Assembly (NCBI GenBank): GCA_964016885.1
Contig: OZ024747.1
Coordinates: 6,200,001-6,264,000 of the forward strand
Direction of reading: 5' to 3'
Origin: Eledone cirrhosa
Taxonomy: Eukaryota
DNA length: 64,000 nt
Part shown: positions 1 to 12,300 of the stretch, piece by piece
Numbering within the stretch: position 1 is the stretch's first letter
Layout of the letters: each line of letters starts with the position of its first letter
Notes under the pieces: generated by a model
What the model saw: only the letters and a program-made list of their open reading frames with translations
Databases searched by the model: none
What the model was told of the DNA's origin: nothing
Program-made: the position numbers and the translations under genes

Positions 1-728
1 GGAGCGTTTTTTATTGGGGGGATCCGGGTTTTTTTTTTTTTTTTGAACCTTGAGGTATAACCAGTCAGTAGTTCCTTCAAAGGGTCTGGCGGTTCCGGAA
101 GAGGGGGCAATGTGACGTTACCGTTTAAGCACCACATTGCAGGTGGCTCCCCAGCCCACTGAGTAGCAGAGCGCATCGAGTAATTAACGTTTTGCTCATA
201 CTTGAAAGCCCGTAGGTGCCAGTAAGGGCTGTTGGGGCTCGTCACACCGCGTGCAGCTTCTCGCCGTCGACTGTTACGCTTGAACGTAGAACATTGGTCG
301 TGTGGTTGGTGGGAAGGTCTGGCAGCAATAGCAGAAGCAACATTTGCAATGCTAATGGACCGCCCGTCTGCATCTTTAGAAGCCATGGAAGTAGTCATAG
401 CCGCAGCGTCCGTAGGAAAGCGAGCTGTCCGTTGTTTTAAACGTTCCAAAGACCTGGAAGCAGCATTAGTCGCAGCGTTTCTAGCCAGGCGCTTCGACCT
501 TTGTTCACGGCTCTCTGAAGCCCTGGAAGAAGCCTGGTATGAAGCCATTTTGGCTAGGCGTGCGGTGCGCTGTTGGAAACTTTCAGCGGCTCGACATTCT
601 GCTGAACGTAAGGCTGTCTGTGAAAGTCTTGAAGCATTTTCCTCAGAGGACTCCTTTGCTATAGTAGCCTTTTGCGCCACTGCTGACGCGGTATGTCGAC
701 TGGGGCGACTTCTCTTTTTAGGTGGCAT
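1..728 (-). CDS. Helitron RepHel N-terminal fragment (STPR-like repeats + degenerate N-terminal motif), open to the window edge
   Basis: Manual translation from ATG at 728: MPPKKRSRPSRH...ESSEENASRL...ESFQQRTARL...ESREQRSKRL...AFKYEQNVNYS...WAGEPPAMWCLNGNVTLPPLPEPPDPLKELLTG, matching the Helitron W..E..G.CC..GKV.LP.L..PP.PL..LL.G pattern. No stop before position 1, so it is absent from the ORF track. Confidence 0.8.
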   Translation of the reverse strand, partial: MPPKKRSRPSRHTASAVAQKATIAKESSEENASRLSQTALRSAECRAAESFQQRTARLAKMASYQASSRASESREQRSKRLARNAATNAASRSLERLKQRTARFPTDAAAMTTSMASKDADGRSISIANVASAIAARPSHQPHDQCSTFKRNSRRREAARGVTSPNSPYWHLRAFKYEQNVNYSMRSATQWAGEPPAMWCLNGNVTLPPLPEPPDPLKELLTGYTSRFKKKKKTRIPPIKNA

Positions 729-1040
729 TTTATGTCCAAAAGAAAGGGTGAAAGTTACTTCTACAGAAAAATTGACTTTGAAAGTCTACTGTCTATTTAT
801 GAATATTGTTATTGTTGTTGTGATACAAATGTTAGTAAGTAAATTGGTATCGAAAAATAAAGGGTGAAAGTTACTTCAACATAAAAATTGACTTTGAAAG
901 TATAAGGCTGATAATTGAATGTAAAAAGATTGATAAGAAAGCCCCCCCCCCCCCCCCCCAAAAAAAAATGTACAGGTATTTGTATGTATGTGTGTATGAA
1001 AGTGTAAGGCCGATGTGTGTGTAAATTAAGTGACAGGTAT

Positions 1041-3064
1041 TTGTATGTATGTATGTATGTTTTCTCTTTCTCTTAATTTCGAGTATATTTTTTTGACCGG
1101 CCACCTTCCTGGTGGCAAGGTTGTAAAAGAAAAGAAATTGTCATCCCTTGAATCGCAAGAATGTTTTGCAAATCTTGAAGGTGCCAGCTATCGCAGCCAT
1201 TTGTAGACTATGAATTAGGGAGCTGCGCTTTTTGTCCGCAAATCCAAGTTCATTCATACTTTGGTCCAAGCGGGTTGGTATATAACCCGTAGCACCAATA
1301 ATGATGGGTATGAAGCTAAAGGTGTATCTTGGATACTGGATTTGTAAACTCCTCATCAATGGTCCGTAGATGTCCTCCTTCTCCTGTATTTTTCTGACAA
1401 CGTTTACATCAAGTGGGCAGCTGATCTCCACAACAGAACACGTTTTCAATGTGTGGTCCCAAACTACAATATCAGGCCGGTTGTGCTTTAATTTGGTGGC
1501 AGTTTTTATTTTCAGGTTCCACCAGTATTCCTTAGTGCCATCTGTCTCAATATATTCTTCCTCGTTTGTTGTTAATTTTGTTTTCCGAAGTGCGTTCCAG
1601 ATGGTTCTAGCTATCCCATCGTGTCTCGTGGGGAGGTAGTAGCGAGATGACATTCTTTCGCAGCTGGCAACAATGTGGCTTACATCCTCGATCTTTGTTT
1701 TACATAGCCTACATTTATTGTCAGCTGCTGGCCCTCCTCTTTTGTGCAGCAGATATTTGGTAGGGAGTTCTTGTTCCTGTATTGCATAGAGATATCCCTC
1801 AAGGTGTGATGTCATAAACCTGTCGGAACTCCATGCCAGGCTTTTTGAGTGGTTTATCCCCTCTATGGTCTGTGTTTTACGCCTCAAGTATCCATGCACA
1901 ACTTTTTCTGTAAATTGGTCAATTTTTTTATCTTGTTTGAACATTGAATAGGATCTTCCGATTTCTCTGGGTGAGAGATTTATATCAGGCTTTATTCCAT
2001 ATCTCTCCTCCAGATCAGTCGCTATTCTAATGATATTTCTTTTTTCATGGTCATAAACCTGGGCAAGATGGTTGCCAGCCTTTTTCCTCTGTTGAAGGTG
2101 TTGCTTCAGTGTCACTATCCGGGTCTCATATGTTGTTAATATTGATTTTAGACCCCGGCCACCTTCCTTGCGTGAGAAGTATAGCCTATCCACATCACCA
2201 TTGATGTTAAAGTTCCCAGTAACACTGAGAAGTTTTCGAGTTCTAACATCCATCTCACTTAGTTCTTGCAATGACCAGTTCAGTAGGCCAAATGTTGGCG
2301 TTAGAATTGGCACAGCATAAGTATTGTGGGCAATGTATTTGTTGTATGCTGACAGTTCTGATGACCATATTTTCTTTACTCTTCTGAGGTATTCAGTTCT
2401 GGTTCTCTCCTTATTTATGGGTCCATCATATCTGACATTCTCATCCTGTCCAAGATATCTGTAGTTGTCACCTGACTGCAGAGGTTGTATTGTCAGGCCA
2501 TTCATCTCTAGATTTCTAGAGGAGGGCACAGCTCTTCCACGTTTTACTGCCAAATATGCACACTTGGACTCACCAAATTTCATTTTGATGTCGGTTGAAA
2601 ATTGTGTAATGAGGTCCAATTGTTTCTTGATGTCATTGATATTTGGCCCATACAACTTCAGGTCATCAACAAAGAAAAGATGGGAGATACTTCTGGTCCC
2701 ACTTCTTTGTCCACCTTGTTTCCTGAGTAGGTAAGATAGTGGATTCAGTGAGAGAACGAAGAGTAGCACTGACAAGCTATCACCCTGAAAGATGCCCTTC
2801 TGGTAATGAATCTTATCAGTCTTAACCTGCTTCTTCTCACCTCTAAGGATCAAACTGGTGTACCAGTTCTTGGTCAGGCGTTCAACAGCAGCTACCAATG
2901 GTTGTGGGACTTTAGCTAACTGTAAAGCCTTAACAATCCACCCATGAGGTACACTATCAAATGCTTTTTGATAGTCCAGCCACACGACAGTCATGTTTCT
3001 GCGATTCTTTGTTGTTTTTTCCTGAATCATTTTGTTAGTATGTATGTATGTATGTATGTATGTA
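1041..3064 (-). mobile_element. R4/Dong-clade RLE non-LTR retrotransposon, 5'-truncated, in a (TATG)n tract
   Basis: Intact RT+RLE ORF, short 3' UTR (1140-1061), (TATG)n at both ends (1043-1060 and 3038-3064). Confidence 0.9.
1141..3030 (-). CDS. Reverse transcriptase + CCHC zinc knuckle + restriction-like endonuclease (R4/Dong type), starts mid-RT
   Basis: WLDYQKAFDSVPH, GIFQGDSLS, FVDDLKLY, EGGRGL, CRLC..EDVSHIVASC, RHD, RPDIVV..VEISCP, KEDIY. Confidence 0.93.
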   Translation of the reverse strand: MIQEKTTKNRRNMTVVWLDYQKAFDSVPHGWIVKALQLAKVPQPLVAAVERLTKNWYTSLILRGEKKQVKTDKIHYQKGIFQGDSLSVLLFVLSLNPLSYLLRKQGGQRSGTRSISHLFFVDDLKLYGPNINDIKKQLDLITQFSTDIKMKFGESKCAYLAVKRGRAVPSSRNLEMNGLTIQPLQSGDNYRYLGQDENVRYDGPINKERTRTEYLRRVKKIWSSELSAYNKYIAHNTYAVPILTPTFGLLNWSLQELSEMDVRTRKLLSVTGNFNINGDVDRLYFSRKEGGRGLKSILTTYETRIVTLKQHLQQRKKAGNHLAQVYDHEKRNIIRIATDLEERYGIKPDINLSPREIGRSYSMFKQDKKIDQFTEKVVHGYLRRKTQTIEGINHSKSLAWSSDRFMTSHLEGYLYAIQEQELPTKYLLHKRGGPAADNKCRLCKTKIEDVSHIVASCERMSSRYYLPTRHDGIARTIWNALRKTKLTTNEEEYIETDGTKEYWWNLKIKTATKLKHNRPDIVVWDHTLKTCSVVEISCPLDVNVVRKIQEKEDIYGPLMRSLQIQYPRYTFSFIPIIIGATGYIPTRLDQSMNELGFADKKRSSLIHSLQMAAIAGTFKICKTFLRFKG

Positions 3065-3275
3065 TTACTTCAACATAAAAATTGACTTTGAAAGTATAAG
3101 GCTGATAATTGAATGTAAAAAGATTGATAAGAAAGGCTCCCAAAAAAAGTTTACAGGTATTTGTATGTATGTGTGTATTTTTATGTCGAAAATAAAGGGT
3201 TAAAGTTACTTATACAGAAAAATTTAGTTTGAAAGTGTTATGCCGATCTCTTTATCATTATATGCTATTGTTATT

Positions 3276-3457
3276 TGGTGGCTTGGCAGTATCGGTAGAG
3301 GGTCGGACGCCATGCTTTCCAGCATAGTTACGTCCCTTTGCGGTCTGAGTTCAAATCCCACCGAGGTTAACTTTGCCTTTCATCCTTACGGGGTCGATAA
3401 AATAAAGTACCAGTAATGCACTGGGTAATTGATGGCCTTGTGCCTAAAGTAGAAACA
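3276..3457 (+). mobile_element. tRNA-derived SINE family A (Nin-domain-like core)
   Basis: A box TGGCAGTATCGG, B box GAGTTCAAATCC, core tttgcctttcatccttacggggtcgataaaataaagtaccag. Other copies (approx.): 4704-4830(-), 7343-7655(+, 2 copies), 11453-11970(-, 3 copies), 28892-29107(+), 37385-37781(-, 2 copies), 43155-43315(-), 43835-44220(-, 2 copies), 45631-45742(-), 62991-63172(+). Confidence 0.85.
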
Positions 3458-3907
3458 GTTATTTCTAAAACAAACTGTGTATGCGTTGATTGATTGAAAT
3501 TCCCGCGTTCCTGTTTCTATGACGTCAATCGTAACCATACCAACATATATGTGTGTGTATGCACCCACATATATGTGTGTATATGTTTTTTTTCAATGTT
3601 TCTCTTTTTCACAAACACTTATAAGAGAAGGTAGCAATTTTAAGGGGAGGTTATGAATGGGAGTAGATATAGGAAAACGTATATCATATGAGAGAGGAGA
3701 AATCATCGATTGTCGAAATAAATCGATTTTTCCGTAATTGTGGCATTTTTTAGCCAATAAGTTCGCCCATGACCCAAGTTAGAATATTTGTAAACATTCT
3801 GCTTAATTATTCATTCAATATTTTTGGAATTGTGTAAATGTATAAAATTGAAACATACATACAGACACACAAATCTGCCTTTTATAGATAATGATATATA
3901 CAATATA

Positions 3908-3939
<32 letters not shown>

Positions 3940-4016
3940 AAACTTTGATAACTTTCGGCCAGTATTGGCCCAGGCCATGTCTAACTTAATAGCACCACCT
4001 GGCGAAGTCTTACAAA

Positions 4017-4260
4017 TCAGTGTTTGGGCACCATGGCCCACTGGAGCAGAGAGTTATTGTTTACGGAGGCATATCCGGGTGTAGGAGGCTTATCCGGGAT
4101 TTCTTGAAGAAATTTATCCAAAGACTTCTTGAACTTGATGGGGTCTGTCTCTGCTTTGATGTGTTTTGGTGTAATGTTAAAGAGTGCAGTTCGAATATTT
4201 AATACTGCCGGCACTAGTATCGAGCACCTTTGGCATACGCTACTTGGCAAATAACTATAT
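4017..4260 (-). mobile_element. CR1/L2-group LINE 3' fragment
   Basis: LFNITPKHIK...FKKSLDKFLQEIPDKPPTPGY...NSL resembles the ORF2 C-terminus of CR1-group elements. Confidence 0.6.
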
Positions 4261-4382
4261 GTCATCATCATTATCATTTTACGTCCGCTCCTCCCTGCTT
4301 GCAAGGGTAGGATGGGTCTTATTCAGCACAGCATCTCTCCACTTGTCACGGTCCTTCGTCATCTCCACCGTGAGCTTCAGCG

Positions 4383-4418
<36 letters not shown>

Positions 4419-5070
4419 CCTTATTGAACCCTCTTCGGATTTGAGTCTCCACATTTATTATTACTATATATTTATTAAAAGGTAGCTATATGTTCTAGTC
4501 AGTTCCATATGTCAGTTGACGAAGACCTCGTAATATATTTAAAATCATGCAAATAATAATATGCAACTAAATTCAGTGTTAAACGATACAACAGCATCCC
4601 ACCCAGGAACCTTTTCCTTTTTTGGCTGCTATTTCTAGTATGACAGGAGACCACGTAGAAGCATTGTGTTCGTTCGTGGGAAATAACAGAAGGGTTTAAT
4701 AATTATTTCTACTTTAGGCACAAGGCCAGCAATTTGAATTAGGAAGTCGATTAAATTGATCGCAGTGCATTACTGGTACTTTATTTTACCGATCCCGTAA
4801 GGGTGAAAGACAAAGCTAACCTCGGCAGGAATAACAAGATACTAAAGTACGAAATAATTTTCATTTGTAAATTATCGACTTAAAAATATTTATGACTCTA
4901 CCCAAGATAAGAAATATATAATTAAATAAAGAAATAAATGAATTTCAAAGGGAGATAACTAGCATTGTAATGCTGGAATTATCTTTTCTTTGTTTTTAAT
5001 TGTGAACTGTCAGTTCAATTATTGATGCATATATAGACAGATATACTATCATATTTCTTTCGTCTTAACG

Positions 5071-5522
5071 ATGTCTTGCTGGTTTTGCCTTTTATTACTG
5101 CTGTACAGTAGTGTAGTATTTGCTGAAGTAGAACAACAATCATCACATAATCTAGATGCAAAAGGAGAGAAAGATCTCACAAAAGAACCGGGACATCTTC
5201 AAAGGTTTGGAAGTGGAAGATCTAGTTCCCCTATAGATGAAGTTGAAGGTTTTCCCGATGCCGAAACGTTCTTCAGAGAGTATGTGTTAGCTTCGCGTCC
5301 TTTAAAAATGAAAGGAGCTGCTCGTCTATCTCCTGCCTACCACTTGTGGACGGACGAGTATTTTCTGTCTCTAGACATAGACCCAAATTCCACGGTTATG
5401 GTCGAGGAGAATAAAAAAGAAAACCGCAGCTTACCCTTGAAATTGATGCATTTTCACAAGTTTCTACAGATCTATAACGACTCTAATAAATACATGGTGC
5501 AGGATGTGCCATCTTATCTCAA
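5071..5522 (+). CDS. JmjC gene exon 1 (signal peptide, start of cupin region)
   Basis: ATG 5071; donor AA|gtaggt, phase 2. Confidence 0.92.
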
Positions 5523-7804
5523 GTAGGTGTTTATAACATAATCCGTTGTATCTATTGATGTTCTTCTATACAGCAGAACTACCCTCAACATTTCCGTTTT
5601 ATTGTCTTCGTTCTTATTTACATCAGTGAACTCCACCCTTTTTTTTCGCTATACGAATCCCACAAATATCGCTGACACACTTAAAAAAAAACATTCTTCC
5701 CTTAAACTTGATATTAGAAAGGATATATCCCTACCTCCTTACTGTTTTATTATTGTTTCTGCGTTGCAGTGTTTACATTTTCGATCTTTGTTAATAAATA
5801 ACCAGTGCAGTTTCTATCCTCTTTTGTTATAACATTCGGGTTATCGTTATGTTTTCTTAACTTCATAAGGCATATTGTTGGTTGAGGGAATATTAATCAA
5901 AAACACCACATGCAAGTCTGCACAGTAGACACTACAGTTTTTAAGCCAAAAAAGAAACTTAACATTGTAACTTTAACACAGCTACTGAGCGACCCCGAGC
6001 AACACCGAGCTTTACTGCTAGTATATATATAAAATTATCGTTTAGCGTCCATTTTTCAAGCTAGCATGGTTGGTGTGTATACCAAACTAGACATTTAATT
6101 AAAAAATAACATTAAAGTAGAAACTTTAGAATGCCAATCCTAATGAAGTAAATACATATATATATACATCGTATTTCCCGGCGTCGAAGACGCTACTTTT
6201 TTCCTAAAATAAGTCTAACAAATCTACCATGGGTCCTGGAGGCCGAAAGTTGTTTATTATTTTTTTTTTCAAAGTTTTGGTTGTCAAAATTAGACGAAGC
6301 GTCTTCGACGCCGGGAAATACGGTATACACATATATATATATATGGACTTTATTACCTATTTGGTTGTTATTTTTAGCAAGTTGAGCGACAATGTTGCGG
6401 TTTTTTCATTGTTATCAGAGATCAGAAAGTAGGTTTAGTTTTAGTGAGATTTGGTTGCTATTTCTTGCAGGTCAAGTGAGGTTTATTCGTTGTTACAAGG
6501 GATAATTAAGAGTAAGGCAAATAGTCAGAATAAATAAACGCCTTCCACTCCTTAGTTTTACGATATTACATTTTGAGTTAGTTTGCTTTTCATCATGATG
6601 TGGCTATAATGATCATCATCACGTTTGTTTTTGTTTTTTTATACGTTTTTTTTAGACAAATCCTCTCCAGAACATCATCTCTCCACTGGTCCTTTCCCTT
6701 TGACTTCTCCTTTGTAAGATATATTTTTGAGATTGGCTTCCATGCCTTTCTTGTATTTGGAACTCTTGACATTTCTTCACCCAGTTATCAGCCTCCATAC
6801 CTGTTACATGTCTGAACCAGCGCAGTCTTCTCTCCTACATATAACATCTAACTCCTCTTATGTCCAGCTTTTCCTTTGGTTTATCTATGCTCCTTATAAA
6901 TAAATACCAGTGATAGAATGTACTTCTGTATAGTTCAATGAAGAGTGTGTCAGTTGTTCGATTAACAGAACAGCTTGCTCCTGATACCAATGTGCTGGTG
7001 GCTGAGCATTCCACAGGCACATGTACTCTTAGGGAGATTCAGCACGCCACAGTGTGTGATAATGCTGGTCTTTTGAATCTCTAGTACAGTCCATCCATTG
7101 GGTTTCTAAACAATTTCTGTCTATTCAGTTTTACTCACAAGGCACTAGTCAACCCTTGGCTATTGTAAATTACACTTACCAAGATGCCACATGGTGGGAT
7201 TGAACCTAGGACTTAATGATGGCAAAGTAAACTCCTTAACCATTCAGTTATGCTGTACTAGTCAAGTATTGGGGTTGATTTGATCAACTTTCCTTCTCTC
7301 CCCAAATTGCTGTCTTTGTTACTAAATTAGAGACCATTATTATTTGGTTTGGCAGTATTGGTAGAACGTCAGACACCATGCTTTGTAGCATAGGAGTTAT
7401 GGCCCTTTACGTTCTGAGTTCAAATCCCGCTGAGGTTAACTTTGTCCTTCATCCTTACGGGGTCGATAAAATAAAGTACCAGTAATGCACTGGGATAATT
7501 GCTGGCCTTGTGCCAACAATAGAAACATTATTGTTATTATTGAATCTAAATCCTGCTGAGGCTAGCTTTGCCTTTCATCCTTACAGGGTCGATAGAATAA
7601 AGTACCAGTAATGCACTGGGGTTGATTTAATTGATTTCCCCTCCCCCAAAATTGTTAGTGTTATTATTTGTTGAGTTTATTCTTTGTCACCACTTTATTG
7701 CATTCTAAAGATTTTACCAATTCTTCTCCTTTTAGACAAGATGTGATAATTCCTTGTTGTATTCAGTGTCCTGACTTAGAAGAATACTTTACAAACACTG
7801 TAAG

Positions 7805-7837
<33 letters not shown>

Positions 7838-8061
7838 ATATATATATATATATATATATATTTATTTATTATCATCATCATATGTATCATCATTATCATC
7901 ACCGTTTTACATCCATTCTTCCACGCTAGCATGGGTTAGACGGGTTGTCCTGTTGTGGGCAATGTCAGGTCAGGTGACCATATCTTGCTCATACAGAACT
8001 GATTTTGGCTTAATTTCTACAGCTGGGTGCCCTTCCTAATACCAACCTCATTTACAGTAAG

Positions 8062-8107
<46 letters not shown>

Positions 8108-8125
8108 CTCACTGTAAATGAGGTT

Positions 8126-8160
<35 letters not shown>

Positions 8161-9332
8161 TTCCACTTATACAATATTTATGTTCAAAGGCATCTGAAAG
8201 CGGTGGACATATTTAGACTGATGAAACCATTTAATAATCCATAGTTAAGTCAAACTGTTAATATTAATTAATATTCTTAACTTCTATATTGTGTTTATTG
8301 AAGCTAAATAATGCTTGTGACAATAGTGAAGAATTACTATTGTCTAGAGTTATAGAGTTGAGAGATAACTATTGTATAGAGTAATATAAAGGTAAGGAAT
8401 TGTAGCTACTAATGAGTGTGGAATTATTTCTCACTAAAGTTTAGGAATCATATAAATGTATTGATAATGTATTCAGTACAACTTGCAAAGTGGTTGTCTT
8501 ATAGTAAAATGCACCCAGTACATTCTGTAAAGATGTCGTGATCCTGCTATGATAAAATGTACCCAGTTCACTCTATAATGAGGTCATGCTGGTGCCTTGG
8601 TAAAATGCACCCAGTACATTCTGTAACATGGTTTGTGTTAGGAATGATATCCAGCCATAAAAAACCATGCCAAAATTACACTCAGTAAAGTGGTTATACT
8701 CGTGCTATGATAAAATGCCCCCAGTATACTCTATAAAGTTATCATGCTTGTGTTAGGATAAAATGCATCCAGTCAATTTTATAAAGTAGTAATGCTGGTG
8801 TTGCAATAAAAGGCACCCGGTCCACTCTATAATATAGTTAGTTGTGCTGGTGCCACAATAAAAGGCACCCAGTCCACTCTATAGTATAGTTGTGCTGGTG
8901 CCACAATAAAAGCACCCATGACTGGTGCCATGATAAAATTCACCCAGTACATTCTGTAACATGGTTGGTGTTAGGAAGGACATCCAGCCATAAAAGCCAT
9001 ACCAAAATGGATCATCTGACCTATCTAGTTATTTAGTCTCAACATGACAACCCATATAGCTCATGTCAAACATGGAAAATGGATGTAAAATACTACTGCT
9101 GATGATGGTGGTGAATATCTCTTGTGTTATTTTCTTTATACAGGTGATGTGGTTTAGCAGTGGGGGGACCAAGTCGGTCATCCATACTGATGAACTGGAC
9201 AATATTAACTGTTTGTTTCGAGGAGATAAAGAAATCGTCTTTGTTGACCCCAAATATCAGGATAGGGTGAGAACATTTTCATCTACAACATTTTATTGGG
9301 ATAACTGACACACTAGTCCAGTTGTGGGCTAT

Positions 9333-9369
<37 letters not shown>

Positions 9370-12300
9370 GGCATGTGGCTGAGTGGTAAGAGAATTAGAT
9401 TTGTAATCGTGAGGTGAGTTTGATTCCTGGACCGGACGATGCGTTATGTCCTTGAGCAAGACACTTTATTTCACGTTGCTCCTTCTACCTGGAATTGTGA
9501 CCAATAGAGAGTATTAGCAATTGGAAAGACCAATGGAAACATTGTTTCCTTGGTCCGATTTGGCAAAAGTCAATCGACTGTCAATATATATATATATGTT
9601 TGTATGTATGTAAAAAGTAAACGGAAATAAAGCAAACAATACAGTACAATGAAGATATATATCAGGAATTGAACCCACAATGTTACAATCATATGTTCAA
9701 CACCCTCACCACCTGACCATGCAACTTCATATACATAGGAACACACATACACACTGACATATGTTATATATACAGGGTGTGCCCCTCAAAATATATACAC
9801 ACTTTGATTAGAATGCTATTGAAGTGTGTATACATTTTTTGGGGGGGACACCCTGTATATATAAACATATATCTGTCAATATAACTGATTGAAGAATGAT
9901 TCCTCTCTGTAGATCCAACTGAAAACCCGAGGTTCCTATTCAAACATTGATGTCGACAGGTAATTAAAATACTTTTTAAAATATTGATAGATGTTCCTGT
10001 GCAGGGATCATCTAATTATATTCATGTTTCTTTGTAGTAGTAGTATATGTTATATTGAATCTTCAGCCTTTTGATAACTACCAGTGGTTCTACAATACAA
10101 AACTGTATATTTTAAAGTGTTTATATTTATCATAATTTCATGTGAGGACTTTTGTTGTGTTCCACCAGCATAATAATACAAATGTTGGTTATATTATGAA
10201 TTCCCACCAGATTCTTGTTTATTTTCAAAATTATTTGATAATAAAAGGCAGTGTCTTCCATTAGAAATATATTAACAAAATGGTTAAAATTATTGTAATA
10301 CTTGAAATTTATATGTACCATGGTGAATAAGAAAAGCAATTCATCATCATCATTATCATCATCAGTTTACATTTGCTTTTCCTTACTTGCATGGGTTGGA
10401 CAGGTTTTCCTCTGAGCAGCTCCTCGTTATTTGTAACCTTCCTTCATCTCGTCCTATATAAATTCAAAGATTTAAGATCAGCTCTCACGGCTTCTGCCTA
10501 GATTTGGTCTTCCTTGGTCTTCCTCTTGTGCAGCTTCCTTCCACTGGGAACTCTTAACAAGGCCATGAATTACAACTGAATATGACTTACGATTAGGATA
10601 TAATATACCTTTTGTTTTGGGTCTTTTTTAGATTCACATGTACTTAATGGCAGGCACAAACACTTTCTTGACCCTTCATTATAGCTGGAAGGGGAGAGGG
10701 TTGCATTCAAGCAGTTAACTGGTCTTTTATCAACCCCAGAAGGATGGAAGTCAAAGTTAACCTCAGCAGGATTTGAACTCAGGCAATTAGCTCCTTCCCT
10801 TTTCTGCCAGGTGTTGTGACTGGCAGATAATATCAGCATTGGAAAGACCAATGGAAACATTGTTTCTGTGGTCCAATCAGACAAGCAACTCCTTTCCTTT
10901 TTTTTCTACATGTGGAGAAAAGCAGACATAAAATGATCAAAATGATATAGACTTGGGTTCAAGTCCTGCTAAAATTGAATTTGGCTTTTCATTTTTCTGA
11001 AGCCAAATAAATACCAGCTACATGTTGGGGTTTGATAACTACTAGTTTTCAACTGTACCTTGATACCAGTAATAAGTTGAGGCTAATTTACTGACTAAAT
11101 AATTAAATAAGAAGTCAATATTGATGTTCTAGTAATGTATAAACAGCTGCGTAAGGGAAGGCTTCATCCCTCAGGTCAACTTGTCAATGTATTGTGTGTA
11201 TGTACAGTGTGCTGCACACACTATATGGTAACAATAAACTGTGCTAGTGTCCCCCACCCCAGCAACATCCTATTAATCTAGTTCAACATACCTGTCAGAT
11301 AGCTCACCTGTCAGTTAAGTTATAATTACAAAAGTAAATAGGCTTTCTTGTTTCCTCTATTTGTCTTTCACAGATAACTAAGTTGGATGTGACATTTATA
11401 CCAAGAAACAAAAACAATTTAATAGCAACAATAATGATAATATATTAATAATTGTTTCTACTTTTGGCACAAGCCCAGTACATTACTGGTATTTTATTTT
11501 ATCGACCCCGTAAGGATGAAAGGCAAAGTTAACCTCGGCGGGATTTGAACTCAAACTGTAAAGGGACGTAACTATGCTGGAACGCATGGCGTCTGACTCT
11601 CTACCGATACTGCCAATCCACTGCCCTGGTTTCTGATTCAGGCACAAGGCTGGCAATTTTGGAGGAGAGGAAGTTGATTAAATAAACCCCAGTGGATTAC
11701 TGGTACTTTTACTCTATCGACCCTGTAAGGATGAAGGGCAAAGCTAACCTTGATGAGATTTGAACTCAGAACGCAAAGGGACGTAACTCAATGTCACCAA
11801 ACGTCTGACGCTCTAGCGATACTGGCAATCTACTGCCCTATAATATATTAATAATAATAATTGTTTCTACTTTTGGCACAAGGCCAGCAATTATCCCAGT
11901 GTATACTGGTACTTTATTTTATCGACTCCGTAAGGATGAAAGGCAAAGTTAACCTCGGCGGGATTTGAACTTCAGATATTAATAATAATAATAATGTAAC
12001 CTTGATATAATTATAATAATTTCTTTATTAATCCCAATGAGTTCACCTGAAGAAAACATTGACAACAGAAGATGAAGCAGGGTGGGGTGGTGGTGGAGTA
12101 GTGGTGGTGGGGTGGCATAGTAACAATGAAATTATAACAAAGAAAATTCCTTCCTCAATAGGGAAGAAACTACCAAGGGTTACTCGTGGAAAAACTCATT
12201 TAAAAAGCCAAAATTACCCTAAATACTTTGCCCCAGTTATTCTGTTCCAATCTACAAAGCCCTTTAAAATAGAGTTTTGTTTCATAGAACCAGAGCCGGT

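Larger units (their letters stand above)
1..3890 (-). mobile_element. Helitron, 5' part (runs off the left edge), with nested LINE and SINE
   Basis: Candidate 5' end A|TC...TCTATAAAAGGCAGATTTGTGTGTCTGTATG near 3888-3894 on the - strand. Internal subrepeats (aaagttacttc...aaaaattgactttgaaagt at ~751, ~868, ~3065, ~3203). RepHel-type N-terminal ORF at 728->1. Right boundary approximate. Confidence 0.65.

Noticed and set aside
232-867. 211-aa + strand ORF
   Set aside because: Antisense shadow of the Helitron frame on the - strand; no recognisable motifs.
871-3178. ~120-bp direct repeat on both sides of the Dong element (871-997 and 3065-3178) as a giant TSD
   Set aside because: The copies differ internally while the LINE ORF is intact, and similar subrepeats occur at 751 and 3203. 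More likely pre-existing Helitron subrepeats.
3276-3365. A/B-box sequences as tRNA genes
   Set aside because: No convincing cloverleaf, and always attached to the same SINE body in many dispersed copies.
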